From Macrostomum lignano (lineage: Eukaryota), in assembly GCA_002269645.1 (NCBI GenBank), contig NIVC01000664.1:1-64000 (forward strand): DNA of 64,000 bases, written 5' to 3'. A program made the position numbers and the translations under genes. Position 1 is the stretch's first letter, and each line of letters opens with the position of its first letter. Under the pieces are notes generated by a model, which worked only from the letters and a program-made list of their open reading frames with translations, ran no database searches and was not told where the DNA came from. This document shows positions 58,600 to 64,000 of the stretch, piece by piece.

Positions 58600-58860
58600 G
58601 ACTATAGACCGACACATTATCATCAGCCAACAGGCAGTCGACGAAACACCGATTGGGCCTGTGTCCTCTCCCGCGCGAACAGCAGTAGCAGCCCTCCTGC
58701 ACAGGCTGTGGACAGTAAGTAGGACTCGGTGCGGATGAAGTGTCTTGCCAGCTGGAGTCGGCGACGGTTGAGCAGGTCACTTTGACGGGTGAGACCGGTG
58801 CAGCGATGGTGTGTGTGTCTCTTTTCGCTGAAGATGATCTAGCGATGGATTACGAGTACG
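58600..58860 (-). mobile_element. Decayed 3' fragment of a non-LTR (RTE-like) element
   Basis: SDLLNRRRLQLARHFIR.ESY / YCPQPVQ..FVDCLLAD across frameshifts, resembling a LINE RT C-terminus. Confidence 0.45.
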
Positions 58861-59347
58861 GATTTAGATAAAATTGAAGGATGATCTTGAAAACAGCAGG
58901 ACAGCAGGGTAAGCATCCTGAATCGACTCTTAGATTAGCGTTGGACCCTGTGTCGCAGCAGCGGCAAGCGGTCATCGTCATAAGGAAAAGCTGTCAAGTC
59001 AAGAGTTCAGTGAAGCGTCAGACCTTTGAGCGTTTAAGTGTGTATCCAAAAGTTTCTTCAAAAGCTTGTTTTATAGTGTACGAGCACTAGCTGGAGAGTG
59101 TATCTCGTACGTACTAAGAGAGATGAGTTCAAATTGCAGAATAATCTATGGCTTTTAAGTATTCGTACCAAAAACATTTACACTTTTTTGGTGACTAAAT
59201 TGTTCCACTAAATCTTGTTAAAAACTGTCTTTGAGCTCGGCGGACTTTCTTAAGAAATTGCTGTCCCAAATCAGAGACGCCTGCACTTTTAGTTGCTTCT
59301 CTGTTTGCAGAGATCTCGGGTCTTTTTCAACTAATACATCAACGGCG

Positions 59348-59878
59348 ATGAAGAACGCAAAGCCCAAAGAAGCTGGAGACAGCTTCTGGGAGCAGGAAGC
59401 CCAGTGTCCTCGCGTGACCTCGGCCAGCCTGATGGTGCCCAAGGAGATCACCAAAGACCTGTTCAACCCGGATGGAAGCATCTTGGATAGGAGGTTGGAG
59501 ACCATCCAGGACAGTTGCTATTGCCGGTTCCGCATGACCAAGCTGTCCCCGAAGAATCCAGGACACAAGGTCTGCGACAGGGTAGTAGTTGACTACTCCT
59601 ACCCGACCAAGAACCACCACGTGACGCTGCGGTTGTTCAGCGAGTTGGTGCAGCAGCGGGCGACCGCGCTGCGCGTCACTTCCTTGCTGAAGGTGAGCGG
59701 CGTCACGCACATGATTCCGCAGCCGCCTCCACCGCCGCCACACCAGCAGCAGCAGCAGCAGCAGCAGCAACAGGTGAGAGCCAAATCGGCAGCTGCAATG
59801 TCCAGAGGCAACACTCGCCGAACTGACAGCGGGGACTGCTCTGCGGACATCAGTCGCTGCATCACCAAGGACTACTAA
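59348..59878 (+). CDS. Unknown intronless protein, paralogue B (176 aa, polyP/polyQ tract; possible degenerate KH-like fold)
   Basis: Open ORF, highly conserved with 6910-7415, with many differences at third codon positions; shared ~70-bp upstream sequence. Confidence 0.75.
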   Translation: MKNAKPKEAGDSFWEQEAQCPRVTSASLMVPKEITKDLFNPDGSILDRRLETIQDSCYCRFRMTKLSPKNPGHKVCDRVVVDYSYPTKNHHVTLRLFSELVQQRATALRVTSLLKVSGVTHMIPQPPPPPPHQQQQQQQQQQVRAKSAAAMSRGNTRRTDSGDCSADISRCITKDY

Positions 59879-60496
59879 GAATCCTCGAATTTATCGTCGA
59901 AACAAGAATGCAGCTATTGCTGGCTGAAGTGATTCGGCCAGCCCTTAAGTCTGGATTGCTTCAAACTGGACCCACCTGGCGGTCAAATTTCACCGGTAAA
60001 CAAAAACAGAAACTTAGTTACGTATATCGAAAAAGGAATGTACTTTTGCATCGCTTTATTTTCTTACGCAGAAATAGATCACTTTGGTACAGCTTTCTTT
60101 CAACCCACTCCTGTCGTACAGCAGTTTCACCTCGCTCAAAGCTTTGCTGTTTTTATTTTTAATCGGTCCGGCTTGACGAATGCGCTAGCGAGGTCGTTTT
60201 GGATGGCTTTAATGTGTTAGATACGCTTATTTACTATAAATATAAAGTTACGAGCGGTGTAGAGCGCATTCGATGGTATAAGAAGTGAGAACCGGCAGCC
60301 ACTTAATTGAAATGATACTTGAGTATTTTATTCTTTGTCCTCTTCCCTTGTCCTTGACAACCGCAAACTTTTTCTAGTATCAAATCTACGGCATTGTGAA
60401 GACGCGATACAACAATCCTTAATTTTAGTGTTCTTTGCGTTAGCTGAATCAAAATAAAGTCCAGTTTTTTACTCAGCAAAGATCTTAACTGTTCGT

Positions 60497-60885
60497 TAAA
60501 ACAATAAATCAGGCTTGAGCTTTGAGCTGATCACCAGGCCGCTGTACTCTGGAAGCAGGAAGCGGCGACCGCTGCACAGGTCTCCGGATGCTGTGAAGGT
60601 GAGTCGCAGAGTGGCGTTAATGTTGAACCCAGAAGTGCCAGTAGTACTCGTAGACGCCATTAAACTGAGGCAGCTGGAGCTCATGCTGAGTTAGTAATGA
60701 GGATTGTCAGCTGATCGAAAGCTCACAGAGTTTGGCCGGCTGCTTAACCCAGTGTGCTCAGTGATGCCGTGGCGCCCTGCTCGAACGTCAGTCGACAGGA
60801 GACATCCGGTGGACAAGTTAAATACTCTCGCTGTCGACTACTCTTAGTAGCAGGCGCTGTGATTGGGATAAGTTTGTGTCTGGAA
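60497..60885 (-). pseudogene. Diverged AbfB exon B with an in-frame stop (copy 5 remnant)
   Basis: SVSFRSADNPHY*LSM..SGFNINATLRLTFTASG..RRFLLP. Confidence 0.7.
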
Positions 60886-61057
60886 GAGTTGTTTTCAACG
60901 AAATAAAATTAAATTTGAAAATAATTTAAACATGATGGCAGGTTTTGTTTCAGCTACTTCACTTATCAAAAGATAAACTCTCGAGTGTGTCATGAATTGT
61001 CTGTTTTATTCGCTTCATTTTTGCTTGTGTAGTAAAAGCTGAAAAATCTGAACTCAA

Positions 61058-61308
61058 GACTAGGATCAATGAGCAAGTGACCAACAGTCCAGAATAGACC
61101 AGGATCAATGAGCAAATATGACCAATAGACCAGGATCAATGAGCAAATGACCAACAGACCAGAATAGACCAGGATCAATGAGCAAATATGACCAATAGAC
61201 CAGGATCAATGAGCAAATGACCAATAGACCAGGATCAATGAGCAAATGACCAATAGACCAGGATCAATGAGCAAATGACCAATAGACCAGGATCAATGAG
61301 CAAGTGAC
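61058..61308 (+). repeat. ~29-bp minisatellite (GACCAGGATCAATGAGCAAATGACCAATA)n with variants
   Basis: Direct inspection. Confidence 0.92.
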
Positions 61309-62251
61309 AAGCCTTCAATGAGAAGTTCCGGCTCTCTTTCCAACCAACTTCTTACCATCCTAGCTAGTGCAAAAATCGATGCTGCAAGGGATTTTTAGCT
61401 AACAAGAGACACTCGCCGAAAACTTGGTGAGGCCTCACAAAGAGGCTGACAGTACCGATACGGCTCAGCACCAAGCGTAGGACTCATGAATACAGGCTAA
61501 TACTCTATTATTTCTCCTGAATGTTGAGGCCAGAATTATAAATTTTTTGACTTTACAAACCGGAAATTGAGAAAGTTTCTCTTAGTCTTAGTATGCTTAG
61601 TCAGGCTCTCTTGCTTCCAGACTTTTCTTTCAGTGTGGAGGAAGCTCAGCACAATGAAACAAGCAACATTGCTTGGATCGCTATTCAGTGGTTCATAGCT
61701 GCGGATTGTCTCGTCACCTTTGCTTTGTATGAGTAAGTCCTTCTTGTATGAAGACTATGTGTGGTGATTATTGTACTTTCTGAGCCGTGCTGTCGTAATT
61801 CTCCTCAATCTTAATCTTTGAAATAAAATTAGAGCGCCCAGCAGAAGCTCTTAGTTATAACCTAACGCGATATACTTAAGTTCTTAAGCCTCTGTGCGCC
61901 ATAACAGACACTGACTGCTTCAAAGTACAATACTTAATAGCAATTGGATCTATGAAATACGGAATGATTTCAGATACAATAGTGTCTTCATCACCGCTAT
62001 AGTTAATGCCATATATTCAATATTTGTTTTAATCCGTGACAGAATTAGACAAATCAAAGCAAATCAGCAGTGTACGAATGCTCTTTTAGAAACCGGAAAA
62101 GTCTCACCTGTAAATACAGAAAACAGCTTATTTAATAAATTTCATTAAAAGTACATTACCTGTACTTACCAGAGATTTTTATGACGTCATAACTGGGGTT
62201 CTGGATTTTACGACAAGCTCGTATGACTAATTTTCGAAAAGAACGGCTCAC

Positions 62252-63742
62252 CCGGTAAACAAACAGGGCTGAGCACTAAATAACTGGTATATCGATTCGG
62301 ATCCCAAATGAACGATGCGATTTTCGATCCCAAGCTGATGTCACGGCCGATCCCGGTGCCGCTCAGACCCGGCAGCAGCAGGCGGCGACCGCTGCACTCG
62401 TCTCCGGACGCTGAGTAGGTGAATCGCAGAGTAGCATTGATGTTGAACGCTGCATCGCCGGTTCTCAGCTCAGCTAGGCTGAGACATTTCGAATCCATAA
62501 ACAGAAAGTAGCCGGGGCTTTCTGCCAACCTCAGAGACACGGAGTGCGGCACTTTGATCAAGCCGGGCTGCTCAGTGAATACCGTGGCGAATATTTCAGG
62601 CGATAGGAAACAGCACTCTCCCCTTGGGCACGAGACGAACTTGTCATCAGCTGTTTTCAAGCGCGTCCGCCGACTTTGACACATTTCAGTGACTGCAAAG
62701 AGATGCTGAGGTTATTTTTTCTGACCTTCAGATAAGCCTAGTGGTCTTGCGCTAGTTGTCCAGGCTCGATTCCAAGTGCAGTCCCATTGGGGCTGAATTG
62801 GAATCTCGGCTTGGCTCTGCTCGTGCAACTAATGCCCTTGAGGGCCAACCCCCAAGGCACAGTGAAGTGTACATGCCTAACGATAAATAAAGTTAGGGCC
62901 GCTGTACACTCCTGTGTGAGTGTGTGCCTGTGCGTATGACTGCGTACGTATCCGCGCGCTTGTATGCCTGCTCAGGAGAGTCGGCGGAATGGGCAGTAAT
63001 GCCTCTCGCCGGTTGTGTGACAATGTCGCTTGAAGTGCGCCAGGGTGCACACAGCCCCTGCCTCTAACTAAAAAAGAGTGCACAATCCAGCGTAACTTAA
63101 AAGCCAGATGTGTAGACAGAAAATTTAATCAGATGTACGGCTCGTAAAACTCACAGTTGACGCAGTGAAATGCAAAGGCCGAATCGGACCTGAATATGAC
63201 ATCATTGGTCCAGGTGGACTTCGTCAGCATGAAGTGCCAATGCCGCAGTTTCTGCCCCGAATACTTCAGCGGAGCGATGCGCCAGTGGTTGCAGAACTCC
63301 GCAGCTGCCTCGATTCTGAAGCTCGCCGATTTCTGGAATCCGACCGCGCTGTCGTTTCTGGCCAAGTAGAGCCGACTGTCTCCCATGGCCAGGTAGAAGT
63401 TCGGTCGCAAAGCATCAACGATGGACACAGCGTCGGCCGTTCCGTCCAGTGCTTGCTCGAACTGCATCTGGAATGGCGTATCGCTTGCCGACTCGGAAAT
63501 GAACACGGTAGAGTCCGAGCCGTAGGTCATGAAACGGTTGGAGTAGGGACCGTATGCCATGAGCACGAAGGTGCTGCACGAGATGTTCTGACCTACAGGG
63601 ATGGGTGGGCGACGTTTCCTACTCTTAAGACAGTTGTAGCACTGATCGAGACTGGAGTTTGAGTTGACTCACCTGCCACGGCAGCTAGGAATAAAATCAG
63701 CACAATGCTGGGAGTCAAAACAAGCCCACAGAAGAGCTTCAT
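62252..63742 (-). CDS. AbfB/CBM42 copy 6 (most divergent): exons 63742-63673 (signal), 63592-63155, 62692-62252; last exon unresolved
   Basis: Signal MKLFCGLVLTPSIVLILFLAAVAG; ALDGTADAVSI..PNFYL..FQKSASF; KLRH..FRSDSAF; GL..SVSLR.AESPGYFL..AFNINATL. Confidence 0.75.
62733..62890 (+). mobile_element. tRNA-derived SINE-like element in the copy-6 intron
   Basis: A-box-like agcctagtgg, B-box-like ggctcgattcc, A-rich end ataaataaa. Confidence 0.45.
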
Positions 63743-64000
63743 AAATTGGTTGCTTGGCTCCGTAGTTGAAATTGGAAGAAGTAAAACATGCGCAGCTCGT
63801 GCCTTCATTGATATCCTTTAAGTAGCAACAGAGCCGATGGTTGTGAGGTACTGCTATCAGTTTGCATTTGCATCAGCTCTTATGATGAGAGCACTTTATG
63901 GCACTTGGATTGGAACTGCCAACTCACTCAAATACAGTAGTATTTCAGTGCAGCCCGGATCTATACTTGAGTACTAGCAATTTCCCATGCAAGCACCGGT

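Overview
Repeat-rich eukaryotic (animal) genomic DNA with spliceosomal GT-AG introns; the style suggests a free-living flatworm such as Macrostomum (inference only). Host genes: the 3' exons of a Y_phosphatase3-type protein phosphatase, a complete 5-exon RSPRY1, two intronless paralogues of an unknown possibly KH-like protein, and a family of about 6 secreted tandem AbfB/CBM42 beta-trefoil genes and fragments. The centre holds a ~16.5 kb composite (22687-39204) flanked on both sides by the same 16-bp satellite. Its left part is an LTR + PBS and a Gag-like ORF continuing in frame, past one TGA, into a rhabdovirus-G-like glycoprotein, with no pol. Its right part is a Polinton/Maverick (adintovirus-like) gene set: integrase, penton, major capsid, protease, packaging ATPase, PW, exonuclease-like ORF and pPolB. 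This element also carries a TATA-binding-protein homologue and a PC4-like gene, the most striking observation here. The remainder is an RT-less LINE, MITE/foldback elements, a probable solo LTR, SINE-like fragments and many tandem repeats. All family assignments come from motif recognition by eye; no database searches were run.
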